DNA of 62,407 nucleotides, the filler included, from Clostridia bacterium (GTDB lineage: Bacteria > CBDUZB01 > JAGLHV01), in NCBI GenBank assembly GCA_030637025.1. It is 7 parts of 5 records of this genome, joined end to end, with 100 filler letters (N's around TTAATTAATTAA, not from the genome) between each part and the next. Parts side by side here need not be neighbours in the genome. Positions count along the whole stretch, not along the records: positions 36,555 to 53,969 come from DAOVVV010000003.1; 6 more parts are not named here. One strand, 5' to 3'. The translations under genes were made by a program, and so were the position numbers. Positions 39,159 to 49,797 of this stretch are shown here, in pieces; position 1 is the first letter of the stretch, and each line of letters opens with the position of its first letter. The notes below the pieces were generated by a model. The model had not been told where the DNA came from and made no database searches. It saw nothing but the letters and a program-made list of their open reading frames with translations.

Positions 39159-39737
39159 TTAACCAATCAAAAGTGCTACCAAATAACCCAGTCCAGCACC
39201 AAAAATTACATCCCCCGGAAAATGAGCACCAACATAAACCCGTGAAAAGACTACCAGTAATGCAAATATCCAGACTGTCCGCTTTAAAGAGGGAACTTCC
39301 TTTCCCAGATAAGCAGCCAGAGCAATTGCACTCCCGCTATGACCGGAAGGAAAAGAATATCTTCTCAATGTCGAACCTAAAATATGTAATTGGCTATAAA
39401 TGGCAGCCGGACGCGGACAGGGACAAATCCGTTTTATCATCTGGATTAATACCCCGGTTATTATTAAAATAAGTGCAGCCCTAACTAACTTTCCCCCACC
39501 CTTCACTGCTCCCAGGGCTATAACCAGGACAGCTAAAATTACTCCATCCCCTAAAAAAGTCAAGGGCAAAAATAAATCATCCAACCAGGGTTGATGAGCA
39601 TTATTAACAAACAAAAAAAACTTCCTATCACCCACCTGCCAAAAATGCAATACCAACCCTAAAATTAAAAACAAAAAAGCTTTAAAAAATTTCTTTTTAA
39701 GCCTGCCCTCTACTCTTGATTTTATAAAATATTTCAC
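39159..39737 (-). CDS. PAP2 family phosphatase
   Basis: K..RP, SFPSGH, SRVYVGAHFPGD. Confidence 0.93.
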   Translation of the reverse strand: MKYFIKSRVEGRLKKKFFKAFLFLILGLVLHFWQVGDRKFFLFVNNAHQPWLDDLFLPLTFLGDGVILAVLVIALGAVKGGGKLVRAALILIITGVLIQMIKRICPCPRPAAIYSQLHILGSTLRRYSFPSGHSGSAIALAAYLGKEVPSLKRTVWIFALLVVFSRVYVGAHFPGDVIFGAGLGYLVALLIG

Positions 39738-41173
39738 CTTTCCCTTACTCCTTGAAAATTAACCAAATAATATAAATAAAAATTACGCACTATTTTTCCC
39801 GCCCGCAAAACAGGAATCTCTTTAACCCATTTAATACTATCAAAATGATAATTTTTTTCCGGCAAAGTAAAATAGCGGCTGTGAGTAAAATAAATAACAT
39901 CTTTTCCTATTATTTTTTCCGTTTCCTGCCAAAAATTTTCGGCACTAATCCGGGTAGGATGCATTATATATACTTCTTCCCTTGCTGCAAAACTAAATTG
40001 AGCACCGGTCTGATACCGCTCAGCTAACAAAAAAACCTCCCCGGTAATTTCTTTTTTTATATTTTTTATTTCTTTACCCAGTTGTCCCCATCCGTATAAA
40101 TCATTGGTTATATCTTCTTTAGCCGGTATGGGTAAAATAGGATATAAAGTCTGCCCGATGAGTACAAAAATCATTAAACCGCAAAGACAAAGATTAATTT
40201 TGTAAATTTTCTTCCAACCGGAAGTCATAAAAGGAAGAGAACCTGCGGCTAAAAATCCTCCGATATAACCTAAAGCAGGCCAATGAGGTTTAAAAGAAGA
40301 AGAGAAAAAACTATTTAAACTAAATAAAATGATAATAGGAAATGAAGTAAAGAAAAGATACTTTTTTTCCCATTGCCCATTTTCTGAAAAACCTTCCTTA
40401 TATAAACGCCAAAAACCTCCGCCGGCTAAAATAATAGCAAAGGGAGAAAAATAAGTTAATTGAGACCCCACAAAAACAAAAAATCTTTTTATGGAAAACC
40501 CACCCCCGTGCCTTCCCATAAATTGAAAATAAAAACTTGCCCAATCATTCTGTGCATTCCAGATAATTACCGGAGAAAAAATGATGAACATTAAAAAAAA
40601 GGCTAAATACGGTTCCTTTTTTCTAAGCCAAAAACGATGCTGGGGAGAAAATATTAGATATAATACAACTAAAAAAGGTAAGAGAAATCCATTATATTTA
40701 CTCAAACAGGCAAATCCCGCACTTATCCCGGCTATATACCAATATGAATTTCTATTTTCCTTTAGTGCTAAATAAATTAAATATAAAGTTAAAACCCAGA
40801 AAACAGATAACGGGCTGTCCGGAGCAACTATTACCCCCCCCACAAAAAATATAGGAACCAAAACAATTAAAATCATTCCGGAAATTGCTTCTTTTTCCGG
40901 ATAAATTTCTTTAGCCCAAAGATAAAGAATCCAAGTAAATAAACTAACAGCAATCAATGCTTCCAGATGAACAACAAAAGCACTATCTCCCAGCAGTTTA
41001 GTTAAAAACCAGATAATATAAGTCACCATAGGAGGGTGATCGTAGAAACTTAAATCCAAATGCTGAGCCCAAACCCAATGATAAACCTCATCGTCACCTA
41101 AACCTACTATAGCAATAACTAACAATCGCACAAAAACACTTAAGCCAAAAATAATCCAAAACTTTTTCTTCAT
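39734..41173 (-). CDS. ArnT/PMT-family (GT-C) glycosyltransferase
   Basis: DDEVYHWVW, DHPPM, PDSPL, LSKY, multiple TM helices. Confidence 0.88.
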   Translation of the reverse strand: MKKKFWIIFGLSVFVRLLVIAIVGLGDDEVYHWVWAQHLDLSFYDHPPMVTYIIWFLTKLLGDSAFVVHLEALIAVSLFTWILYLWAKEIYPEKEAISGMILIVLVPIFFVGGVIVAPDSPLSVFWVLTLYLIYLALKENRNSYWYIAGISAGFACLSKYNGFLLPFLVVLYLIFSPQHRFWLRKKEPYLAFFLMFIIFSPVIIWNAQNDWASFYFQFMGRHGGGFSIKRFFVFVGSQLTYFSPFAIILAGGGFWRLYKEGFSENGQWEKKYLFFTSFPIIILFSLNSFFSSSFKPHWPALGYIGGFLAAGSLPFMTSGWKKIYKINLCLCGLMIFVLIGQTLYPILPIPAKEDITNDLYGWGQLGKEIKNIKKEITGEVFLLAERYQTGAQFSFAAREEVYIMHPTRISAENFWQETEKIIGKDVIYFTHSRYFTLPEKNYHFDSIKWVKEIPVLRAGKIVRNFYLYYLVNFQGVRER

Positions 41174-41254
41174 TTAAACAAAAACTCCTTTATAAATTTT
41201 GAAGGCATTATACCTCTTTAACAGGGACAAGGTCAACTATAAAATGGAAGATAT

Positions 41255-42241
41255 CTACTTAAAATCATAAGCCCTTCCGGTTAATCTTTCCACATATCTT
41301 TGTGCGGAAAAAGCAGCCGTTGCTCCATCACCACAAGCAGTAATTACCTGCCGCAGTAACTTATGACGGCAATCCCCCCCGGCAAATATTCCTTCCACAG
41401 ATGAAAACATATTATCATCGACTATAATATATCCTTCTTCATCTAATTCTATTAAATTTTTTTCTTTAGAAGAGGGATGGATTTTAAGAAAATCCGTATT
41501 CGGTTTAAATCCAACAAAGATAAATACCCCCTGGCAAGGAAACTTTTTCTCTTGCTGAGTTTTAATATCTTTTATTTTAACTGCTTCTACTTTTTCTTTA
41601 CCTAAAATCCCAGTAACCTGTGTTTCCCATAAAAAATCTATTTTTTTCTGGGAAAAAACTCTCTCCTGCAAAATACTCGTCGCCCGCAAGCGGTTACGCC
41701 GATGAATAAGAGTAATTTTGTTAACAAATTTAGTTAAATGCAATGCTTCTTCTATAGCCGTATCCCCTCCACCAATTACCACTATATCTTTACCCTTATA
41801 AAATGCTCCGTCACAGGTAGCACAATAAGAAACTCCTCTCCCTCGAAATTCCTCTTCCCCTGAGATATTTAATTTTCTCGGTTTTGCTCCGGTAGCTATA
41901 ATTACAGCCTGTGCCGTATATTCTTTTTGTTTTGTAACAACCTGCCATAATTTAGAATTTTTTTCTTCTTTTATTCTTAAAGTTTGAACCTCTTCATCAA
42001 TAATTTTCAGGCCAAAAGCTAATGCCTGTTTTTTAAATTGGATAATTAATTCAAAGGTTTCTATCCCCGGTGTAAATCCGGGATAATTTTCAATTTTATC
42101 TCCAAGAAGAAGCTGAGAGGAAAGAGAAGAACTTTCCATGAGCAAAGTTTTCAGTCTTGCCCGGGAAGCATATAACCCAGCAGTCAATCCTGCCGGCCCT
42201 CCTCCGATAATAATAAGCTCATAAATATTTTTCTGATTCAT
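41255..42241 (-). CDS. trxB: Thioredoxin reductase
   Basis: GGGPAGL, SYCATCDG, GGGDTA. Confidence 0.97.
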   Translation of the reverse strand: MNQKNIYELIIIGGGPAGLTAGLYASRARLKTLLMESSSLSSQLLLGDKIENYPGFTPGIETFELIIQFKKQALAFGLKIIDEEVQTLRIKEEKNSKLWQVVTKQKEYTAQAVIIATGAKPRKLNISGEEEFRGRGVSYCATCDGAFYKGKDIVVIGGGDTAIEEALHLTKFVNKITLIHRRNRLRATSILQERVFSQKKIDFLWETQVTGILGKEKVEAVKIKDIKTQQEKKFPCQGVFIFVGFKPNTDFLKIHPSSKEKNLIELDEEGYIIVDDNMFSSVEGIFAGGDCRHKLLRQVITACGDGATAAFSAQRYVERLTGRAYDFK

Positions 42242-42937
42242 TTAAAAAACTCCTGCAGATTTTAATATAATTCCGCCCCCTATAATAATGAGTACTATTC
42301 CTGTTATCAAGGTAATTAAACTAAACGCTTTTTTTACCTTAGCCAGCCAACCCATAATTTTCCCGATACTTAAACTAACCAGAAGAAAAGGAATAGCCAA
42401 CCCTAAAGAATAAAAACCCAAAAGAACAACCCCTTCAGTCAAACTCTTTTTAGTAGCAGCTAAAGCCAGAATACTTCCTAATATAGGACCTACACAAGGT
42501 GTCCAACCCAAAGCAAAAACCGCACCAACAATAAAAGAACCGATAAAGGTTGCCGGTTTACGGGCAAGATGGAACTTCTTTTCATATTGCAAACTTTTAA
42601 TTTTAAAAACTCCACAAACATGCAAACCAAACAAAAGAATAATTATACCGCCAATCAATTCAATTAGTTTCTGATTGGCGAAAATAAGATTTCCCATATA
42701 AGCAGCCGAAGCTCCCAGTGATACAAAAATAAAGGAAAATCCTAATATAAATAGAAGAGTTTCTATAAATATTTTTCTAGAACTACTTTTTAAATTTTCT
42801 GGATCACTCCCTCTAAGCTCATCCACGGATAAACCACTAATAAAGGAAATATATACAGGAAGCAACGGTAAAATACAGGGAGAGAAAAAAGATAAAATTC
42901 CTGCACTAAAAGAAATTAATATAGAAACATCATTCAT
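42242..42937 (-). CDS. ccdA: CcdA/DsbD transmembrane protein
   Basis: SFFSPCILP, GWTPCVGP. Confidence 0.93.
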   Translation of the reverse strand: MNDVSILISFSAGILSFFSPCILPLLPVYISFISGLSVDELRGSDPENLKSSSRKIFIETLLFILGFSFIFVSLGASAAYMGNLIFANQKLIELIGGIIILLFGLHVCGVFKIKSLQYEKKFHLARKPATFIGSFIVGAVFALGWTPCVGPILGSILALAATKKSLTEGVVLLGFYSLGLAIPFLLVSLSIGKIMGWLAKVKKAFSLITLITGIVLIIIGGGIILKSAGVF

Positions 42938-42945
42938 TTTTTATC

Positions 42946-43674
42946 CTATTGAGCAAAAAGTTCTTTTATTTTATTTTCAAAGGTTTCCTTTGAATTGTAA
43001 CCAACATATTTCTCAATCTTATTACCCTTTTGGTCAATGATAAAAGTAGTAGGAATGGCCCGGACACCGCCATAAAGCTGAGTAACTTCCCTATCACCAA
43101 AGACAACAGTATAATTTATTCCCATTTTTTTAACCTTAGATTCTAAACTGGATTTTTTGCCCTGATCCAATAAAACACCTACAACTTCCAGTCCTTGATT
43201 TTTATATCTTTCCTGTAAATCCATAAAATCCGGAACTCCCTTAATACAGGGTGGACACCAGGTAGCCCAAAAATCGAGAATAATTACTTTCCCTTTTAAA
43301 GAAGAGAGAGTAAATGATTCTCCGTTTAATTGTGATAAAGTAAAATCAGGTGCATTACCCCATCTCACCTCTTTCTGCAAAGAATCTTTAGTCGATACTG
43401 TTTCTTTTACCTCCGTTCCTACCGGCAAAGATTCCTCAACTTCTGCTGTTTCTTTTACCTCTCTTCCTACCGGCAAAGGTTCCTCCATTTCTGCTGTTTC
43501 TTTTATACCGGTAATTACAGGTAAGGATTCCTCAATTTTTTCTGTTTCTCCTAAAGCAGTCTGTGTCTGTTTTTCATTTTTTTCAGAAACAGTTTCACCG
43601 CTACATCCTACTAACCCCATTGTTACAAAAACAAACAGAAAAACTTTCCATACCATCAAAACTTTTCTTACCAT
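42946..43674 (-). CDS. TlpA/ResA family thiol-disulfide oxidoreductase lipoprotein
   Basis: LVGC lipobox, FWATWCPPC, IPTTF. Confidence 0.92.
   Translation of the reverse strand: MVRKVLMVWKVFLFVFVTMGLVGCSGETVSEKNEKQTQTALGETEKIEESLPVITGIKETAEMEEPLPVGREVKETAEVEESLPVGTEVKETVSTKDSLQKEVRWGNAPDFTLSQLNGESFTLSSLKGKVIILDFWATWCPPCIKGVPDFMDLQERYKNQGLEVVGVLLDQGKKSSLESKVKKMGINYTVVFGDREVTQLYGGVRAIPTTFIIDQKGNKIEKYVGYNSKETFENKIKELFAQ
43399..43548. repeat. Three 48-bp in-frame tandem repeats in the TlpA linker
   Basis: ETxxxEExLPVxxxxK three times. Confidence 0.88.
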
Positions 43675-43750
43675 AAAATTACTCCTCCTTTTAAATACAA
43701 ATATAATTTTAAAACATATCGTAATAAAACTAATTATCTGTCAACTTTAA

Positions 43751-44659
43751 TTACAAGACCCCTGCCTCAATCTGTTCTACCGGCATTTGCTGTGCTTTTA
43801 AAATCATTTCCCCCATTTTACATTCAATATGTCGAGCTACAATAGGACATTTCACCTTGAAAAGAAAAAATATAGGTGCTTCTTCTCTGGAAAGCGCCTC
43901 AAAATTACCCTGTCCTTTACTAATAATTAATTTTGATTCCCGGAAAATTTTAAGAAATTCTCCGGAACAAATATTTAAAATCGTTCCCGGGGTATCTACC
44001 CCGCTGGAAATAATATGTGCGTATTTATCTATGCCGCAAGTTTTAGCATCTTCAATCAAGGCATCATTAATTACCGGTTTATCCCTTACTACATAAATAA
44101 TTTCTTTGTTTAATCTACTAAATTCCTCAATTAAAAGCCGGTCAAAAACTACTTCTCCCGCATTATCGGCTAAGTAAAGAATACTCTCTGTTTTCCGGAG
44201 AGCATCTTTAAATATTTGATAATCAAATACCTCTTTTTCTTCCCGGTTGTCCAGATCAAAATCCAAATTTATAATTTTCTCCATTTCCTTCTCTACATTT
44301 ACATCGTTTTTTACTCCATAGTCTATAATATTACCTAAAATGGAAAGTTTCAAAGCAGTTAAAAGCCTATCTTCTGACTTTTCTATTTTTTGTTTTAATT
44401 CGGGTAAAAAACTTAAAGCCAGACTATTACTTTTTTCTTTGATTTCTTTATAAGGGTCACAATTTTGTGTCTCTCTCTTCACCACCCCATATACTATTCC
44501 TCCCATTTCCGGGGGACTGGAGGATAGGGGAAAATTAACTACAGCTCCGGCAATTTCATCTATTATTTTTTTCTGTTTGAAACCATCTGCACCGGCCATG
44601 CGCGCTGCTTCTAAGGCCTGTTTAAAAAAACAAGGGATACAATCCAGATATGTTCTCAT
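43751..44659 (-). CDS. DUF89/ARMT1-like damage-control phosphatase
   Basis: CIPC, GNIIDYG, DNAGE, SKGQGNFE. Confidence 0.92.
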   Translation of the reverse strand: MRTYLDCIPCFFKQALEAARMAGADGFKQKKIIDEIAGAVVNFPLSSSPPEMGGIVYGVVKRETQNCDPYKEIKEKSNSLALSFLPELKQKIEKSEDRLLTALKLSILGNIIDYGVKNDVNVEKEMEKIINLDFDLDNREEKEVFDYQIFKDALRKTESILYLADNAGEVVFDRLLIEEFSRLNKEIIYVVRDKPVINDALIEDAKTCGIDKYAHIISSGVDTPGTILNICSGEFLKIFRESKLIISKGQGNFEALSREEAPIFFLFKVKCPIVARHIECKMGEMILKAQQMPVEQIEAGVL

Positions 44660-45444
44660 TTATTTAATTCCTTTCCTCTTCTTTTGCAAGTATCTTCTTT
44701 GGTAAAAGGGATTACTTTCTTCTTTTCCACATCATACACAGAAATAACCTTTACCCCGTCTATGTTGTTAAAACAGCCAATAATCTCCTTTAGCTCTTCC
44801 TTTGATAGGGGTGAAACACCCGAAGGCCTTAAAGGGGTATTAATTTGAATCTCAGCCGGTTTTATTTCCCGACATAAATTAGCTAATTCTATAGCTTCAT
44901 TTTTGTTCTTTTCCACGAACATAATCTGAAGAGCAAATTTCCCTTTATATCCCCGGCGAAATTTTTTAATTCCCAATAGCATATCTTCAAACTTTATATC
45001 CGGAGACGGATTATTTATCGATTGAAAACTCCCGGAGGTACCGGCATCTAATTTTGCCATTACCAAATCAGCTAAAGCAAGGTCTTCCCTTACTTCTTTT
45101 TCATTAAGTAGGGAAGAATTGGTTATAACCGCTATCTTTTCCTTCCTTACATCTTTCACCGCTCTAATCATTTCACCCAGATTAAGTGCCAGAGTCGGCT
45201 CCCCTCTTCCGGAAAAGGTAATATAATCAATTCCAACCGGAGGTAACTTTTTTATTTCTTCCATGATTTCACGGGTGGAAACAAATACAGACCTTTTACA
45301 TTTAAATTCCGAGGCTCTGCCTACCTGGCAATAAAGACAATCATAAGTACAAACTTTTTCTGCTTGAGAAAGAGGATCTATACCTAAAGACCTCCCTAAT
45401 CTCCAGGAAAAAACAGGACCGTAAATATATTTATATTTGTTCAT
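44656..45444 (-). CDS. Radical SAM protein
   Basis: YGPVFSWRLGRSLG, CTYDCLYC, GEPTL. Confidence 0.9.
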   Translation of the reverse strand: MNKYKYIYGPVFSWRLGRSLGIDPLSQAEKVCTYDCLYCQVGRASEFKCKRSVFVSTREIMEEIKKLPPVGIDYITFSGRGEPTLALNLGEMIRAVKDVRKEKIAVITNSSLLNEKEVREDLALADLVMAKLDAGTSGSFQSINNPSPDIKFEDMLLGIKKFRRGYKGKFALQIMFVEKNKNEAIELANLCREIKPAEIQINTPLRPSGVSPLSKEELKEIIGCFNNIDGVKVISVYDVEKKKVIPFTKEDTCKRRGKELNK

Positions 45445-45667
45445 TGAAATTTATTCACTTTTTTAATTTAAATTTTACTGTATTTAAAAATTATAAAAAT
45501 AAAGATAAAATGCGTTTTGAACGATACTGTAGAATAAAATATTCTTCCCCTCTCCAGAAAAACCGTTTAAATTAGAACCCCTTTGCTACCTGCCCCATTT
45601 TATTCGGGGTCAATGCATGCATCGTCACAAACAATGTACTCTATATATACATTGTTTACCAATAACC

Positions 45668-46018
45668 CTATAAAATTTTATTGTTTTCCCTTAGCACAAT
45701 TTTCCGGGGTTTTATTTTCTCTATGTCATCCTCTGTCACTAAAGCATAAGCAAGAATGCAGATTTTATCACCAATCTCCCCGCAACGGCCAGCCGGCCCA
45801 TAAAGAATAATCTTTCCTGAATTCTCTTCTTCTTCTATCGTATAGGTTTCTAATCTCTGACCGTTATTAAAATTTAATACTTGTACTTTCTCTCCGGGAA
45901 AAATCCCGCTCTCATCTAACAATTTTTTATCTACTCCGATACTACCGTTATAATCTATTTTTTTTCCAGTAATAACCGCCTTATGAATTTTTGATTTCAA
46001 CATTTCTCTTAATATCAC
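45668..46018 (-). CDS. panD: Aspartate 1-decarboxylase
   Basis: KSKIH, YNGS cleavage site, NGQRLETY. Confidence 0.95.
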   Translation of the reverse strand: MILREMLKSKIHKAVITGKKIDYNGSIGVDKKLLDESGIFPGEKVQVLNFNNGQRLETYTIEEEENSGKIILYGPAGRCGEIGDKICILAYALVTEDDIEKIKPRKIVLRENNKIL

Positions 46019-46138
46019 AAAAATCCCCCTTCCCTTTTTCTATTACCAAAAAATACGATTTTACAAATTATCTTTAACCAATTTATCAAATTTTTTTTCT
46101 CAAACGTATTTTTACGTTTATACTCTACGGATCAAAAT

Positions 46139-46456
46139 TTAAATATGTGCTTTTAGCTTTTCTTCTATGGTTTCCTTAGACACTACCCCGATTATTTTAT
46201 CTACTACTTCCCCCCCTTTGAATATTATCAAAGTAGGAATACTCATAATACTATATTGAGAAGCACTCACCGGAGCATCATCTACATTTAATTTTCCAAT
46301 CTTGATTTTTCCCTGGTACTGGCTAGCAATTTCCTCAATTACCGGTCCAATCATTTTACACGGGCCACACCATGGTGCCCAAAAATCAACAAGGGCAGGT
46401 ATTTGGGAATTCAAAATTTCTTCCTTAAAATTTTGGTCAGTTAATACAATTTCCAT
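46139..46456 (-). CDS. trxA: Thioredoxin
   Basis: FWAPWCGPC. Confidence 0.97.
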   Translation of the reverse strand: MEIVLTDQNFKEEILNSQIPALVDFWAPWCGPCKMIGPVIEEIASQYQGKIKIGKLNVDDAPVSASQYSIMSIPTLIIFKGGEVVDKIIGVVSKETIEEKLKAHI

Positions 46457-46470
46457 CTTTACTCCTCCTT

Positions 46471-47406
46471 TTATTTATTTCTATAATGCTTACCCTGAAA
46501 GGTATTTCTTTGACCAAGGGTATTTTCTATTTTCTCTAATACTTTATTTTTTTCTAACATCCACAACGGTTCAACCAAAAATTCCCGGGGACAATCTGCT
46601 GTAATCCTTTGAATAACCGTTTCAGGCCAAAGATATTCTAAAAATTCTATAGTCAAATCTAAATATTCTTCAAATTTTAACGGCTTATATAATCCTTGCT
46701 TAAACATTTCTTCTAATTTCGTACCTTTGATTATATGCAAAGGATGAATTTTAACCCCGTCTACTTTAAGCAAAGCAAGAGTTTTTGCTGTTTCTAAAAC
46801 CATCTGCTTTGTTTCGCCGGGCAATCCAAGAATAATATGGACACAAATCTTTATATCTTTTTTTTCTCTGGTAGCTTTAATTGCTTCTAAAAATTGCTCA
46901 AAAGTATGCCCTCTATTAATAAACTCAAGTGTTTGCGGATGAATACTTTGTAATCCATATTCCATCCATACTTCGTATTCCGCTGTATAAGAATTAATTA
47001 AAGCTAAAATTTCTTCATCGATACAATCAGGACGCGTACCAATAGCAATCCCGACAATATCTTTAAATTTTTTTATTATATCGTATTTTTCTTTTAACAC
47101 ATCCGGTTTTGCATATGTGTTAGTATACGCCTGAAAATAAACTATAAATTTACCGGCCTTAAAACGTTTTCTCCCATAATCTATTCCCTTTTCTATCTGA
47201 AGCTGTAAGGGACAAGAAGGAACCCTGGAATTAAAACTAAACCCCAGATTGTCACAATAAATACAACCGGTTTTACTTATTTCTCCGTCTCTGTTAGGAC
47301 AGGAAAAACCGGCATCTACACTTACCTTATGTACTCTTTGGCCAAAGCGTAATTTTAAATATTTAGAAAACTTATAATATCTTTCCTGTTTTGTTTTTTG
47401 TAACAT
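46471..47406 (-). CDS. TIGR01212/YhcC family radical SAM protein
   Basis: CPNRDG..GCIYC, YFQAYTNTY, GTRPDC. Confidence 0.92.
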   Translation of the reverse strand: MLQKTKQERYYKFSKYLKLRFGQRVHKVSVDAGFSCPNRDGEISKTGCIYCDNLGFSFNSRVPSCPLQLQIEKGIDYGRKRFKAGKFIVYFQAYTNTYAKPDVLKEKYDIIKKFKDIVGIAIGTRPDCIDEEILALINSYTAEYEVWMEYGLQSIHPQTLEFINRGHTFEQFLEAIKATREKKDIKICVHIILGLPGETKQMVLETAKTLALLKVDGVKIHPLHIIKGTKLEEMFKQGLYKPLKFEEYLDLTIEFLEYLWPETVIQRITADCPREFLVEPLWMLEKNKVLEKIENTLGQRNTFQGKHYRNK

Positions 47407-47511
47407 AGTTTATGAGTCATTAGTAAATAATAAAGTACGGGGGCCACCATGAAAAAACATAATTTACTGTACTTTAAAATTAAATATTATTCAAGCTTTT
47501 TATCTAAAAAT

Positions 47512-49695
47512 TTATGAGATAACCTCTTTTCTCAATTCTTTGGTAACCTTTACCATGTTTTCCAGAGATTTAATAGATTCATCCCATCCTCTTGTTTTTA
47601 ATCCACAATCAGGATTTATCCAAAAATTATTATTAGAAAATGTTTTTAATGCTCTTTTTACTGTGATGGTAATTTCTCCGGGAGTGGGTATTTGGGGAGA
47701 ATGAATATCCCAAACCCCTAAGCCTATTTGCCGGTTAAAATTACTATTTTCAAAATGGCTTAAGATATTTCCTTTACTTCTGGAAGCTTCAATGGTAATC
47801 ACATCAAAATCCATCTGATTAATTTGCTCAATAATTTCCCCAAATTCCGAATAACACATATGGGTATGAATTTGCAACTCCGGTTTTGACTGACCGGCTA
47901 AATTAAATGCTTTTATTGCCCATTGGAAATATTGTTTCCATTTTCTCCTTTTTATCGGGGCTTTTTCTCTAAAAGCCGGTTCATCAATCTGAACGATTTT
48001 AATATTTGCTTTCTGGTAATCTTTTATTTCCTCCTGTAAACACAAACCTATTTGATAAGCAACCTGGCTAACAGGTATATCCTTTCTAACAAAACTCCAG
48101 GCAATTATAGTAACCGGCCCGGTCAACATTCCTTTAACCGGTTTCTCGGTTAAATTCTGAGCAAAAGTAATCTCATCAATAGTCATGGGTTTACTTCTTG
48201 CAACATCCCCGTATATTAACGGCGGACGATACCCCCTCGTTCCATAGGAAATAATCCATCCATTATTAGTGGTGGCAAATCCTTCAAGTTTTTGCGCAAA
48301 AAATTCCACCATATCCGTTCTTTCAAATTCCCCGTGTACAAAAACATCCAGCCCTATCTTCTCCTGGAATTTAATTAAATTAGTAATTTCTTCTTTAATA
48401 AAGGATTGATACTCCTCTTTGCTTATTTCCCCCTTTCTGAAATCCATTCTTTTTTTCCTGACTTCCGGGGTTTGAGGAAAACTACCAATGGTAGTAGTAG
48501 GAAATAGGGGTAAATTCAAAATCTCCCGTTGTTTTTTATTGCGTTCTTCATAGGACATCTTTTTTGAAAAATCTTCTTCTTTTAAGTTTTTAATTTTCTC
48601 CTGAACCTTTTTATTTACTCCAAAATCATCCGGGTCATTTTTACTATATTCCTCTATCTTATTATTTTCACCACTTTCGTATATCCGGGAAATTAATTGC
48701 AATTCCTCTAATCTTTCCTGAGCAAAAGCCAATTTCTTTAAAAGTCTCTCATCTAAATTTTCACCTTCTTTAGTAATGGGTAAATGAGACAAGGGAGCCG
48801 CATTAGAAATAGCTAAATTTTTTACATATTTATTTAATTGCTGTAAAATTTCCAGGGATTCTTTAATATCTGTCTTCCAGACATTACGCCCGTCAACAAT
48901 ACCGGCAATTAAAATTTTATCATCCGGAAAACCGTGTTTTTTAATATTTTCCAGGTTCTCTTTACCATTAACAAAATCCAGTCCAATAGCTTTTAGCGGT
49001 AATTCATACAAATCAGCCAAAAAATCTACCGAATCATAATAAGTAAAAAGAGTAATTTTATCCTTTTGTGTTGTAATCTTTTTATATACTTCCTTTACCA
49101 TACTAATTTCATCCGGTGAAAGGTCCATTACCAAAGCCGGTTCATCCAAATAAACTTCATCCAGATTATCAATTATTTTTTTATAAATATCAGTTAAAGC
49201 AAAAAGATAGTCTTTGAATTTTCCAGGTTCAATTCCTTTAGATAATTTCAAGAAAGTAAAAGGCCCGATTAAATAAGGAATTCCTTTTTTGCTTCTTTCT
49301 TTCACCTGTGCTAATTTGTCCCAGGATAAATTAAATTGCGCAGGAGAAAAAGAATCATCAATGACAGGAACAAGATAATGATAATTAGTATTAAACCATT
49401 TAGTCATTTCTAAAGCATTTTTACCTCTGCATAAGTCAAAATAATCGTTTAAATTTTCACTTTTATACAGGCCCACTATAATTGCCGTATCCAGCATATT
49501 ATCATAAAAAGTCATTTCCCCTACAGGAAAATTATCAACATATTTCTCATAAATATCCAATCGGTTTTTATCCAAAGTGTAAATACGCTCTCTAAGTTCT
49601 TTTTCTGTAATCTTTTTCTTCCAAAAACTTTCAATCGCTTTTTTATACTCCCTGTTTTTTCCCAAACGGGGAAAACCATAAGCATACGTTTTCAT
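47512..49695 (-). CDS. metE: Cobalamin-independent methionine synthase
   Basis: MTKWFNTNYHY, PTTTIGSFPQT, HTHMCYS, NPDCGLKTR. Confidence 0.97.
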   Translation of the reverse strand: MKTYAYGFPRLGKNREYKKAIESFWKKKITEKELRERIYTLDKNRLDIYEKYVDNFPVGEMTFYDNMLDTAIIVGLYKSENLNDYFDLCRGKNALEMTKWFNTNYHYLVPVIDDSFSPAQFNLSWDKLAQVKERSKKGIPYLIGPFTFLKLSKGIEPGKFKDYLFALTDIYKKIIDNLDEVYLDEPALVMDLSPDEISMVKEVYKKITTQKDKITLFTYYDSVDFLADLYELPLKAIGLDFVNGKENLENIKKHGFPDDKILIAGIVDGRNVWKTDIKESLEILQQLNKYVKNLAISNAAPLSHLPITKEGENLDERLLKKLAFAQERLEELQLISRIYESGENNKIEEYSKNDPDDFGVNKKVQEKIKNLKEEDFSKKMSYEERNKKQREILNLPLFPTTTIGSFPQTPEVRKKRMDFRKGEISKEEYQSFIKEEITNLIKFQEKIGLDVFVHGEFERTDMVEFFAQKLEGFATTNNGWIISYGTRGYRPPLIYGDVARSKPMTIDEITFAQNLTEKPVKGMLTGPVTIIAWSFVRKDIPVSQVAYQIGLCLQEEIKDYQKANIKIVQIDEPAFREKAPIKRRKWKQYFQWAIKAFNLAGQSKPELQIHTHMCYSEFGEIIEQINQMDFDVITIEASRSKGNILSHFENSNFNRQIGLGVWDIHSPQIPTPGEITITVKRALKTFSNNNFWINPDCGLKTRGWDESIKSLENMVKVTKELRKEVIS

Positions 49696-49721
49696 TTTTT
49701 TCTCCCTTTAATAAAAAATTA

Positions 49722-49752
49722 ATAGGCTGCCACGAAATTCGTTTCAGCCTAT
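49722..49752 (-). terminator. Hairpin between nrdG and metE
   Basis: ATAGGCTG...CAGCCTAT followed by TAATTTTTT on the minus strand. Confidence 0.45.
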
Positions 49753-49797
49753 GTTTTCATAGATTTTAACGACTATTTTTTTACTTTCAAATTATAT

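Noticed and set aside
39104-39472. 122-aa plus-strand ORF
   Set aside because: Antisense to the PAP2 gene and starts within a REP-like repeat.
49696-49797. SAM or cobalamin riboswitch before metE
   Set aside because: Only a simple hairpin in about 100 nt; no aptamer consensus.
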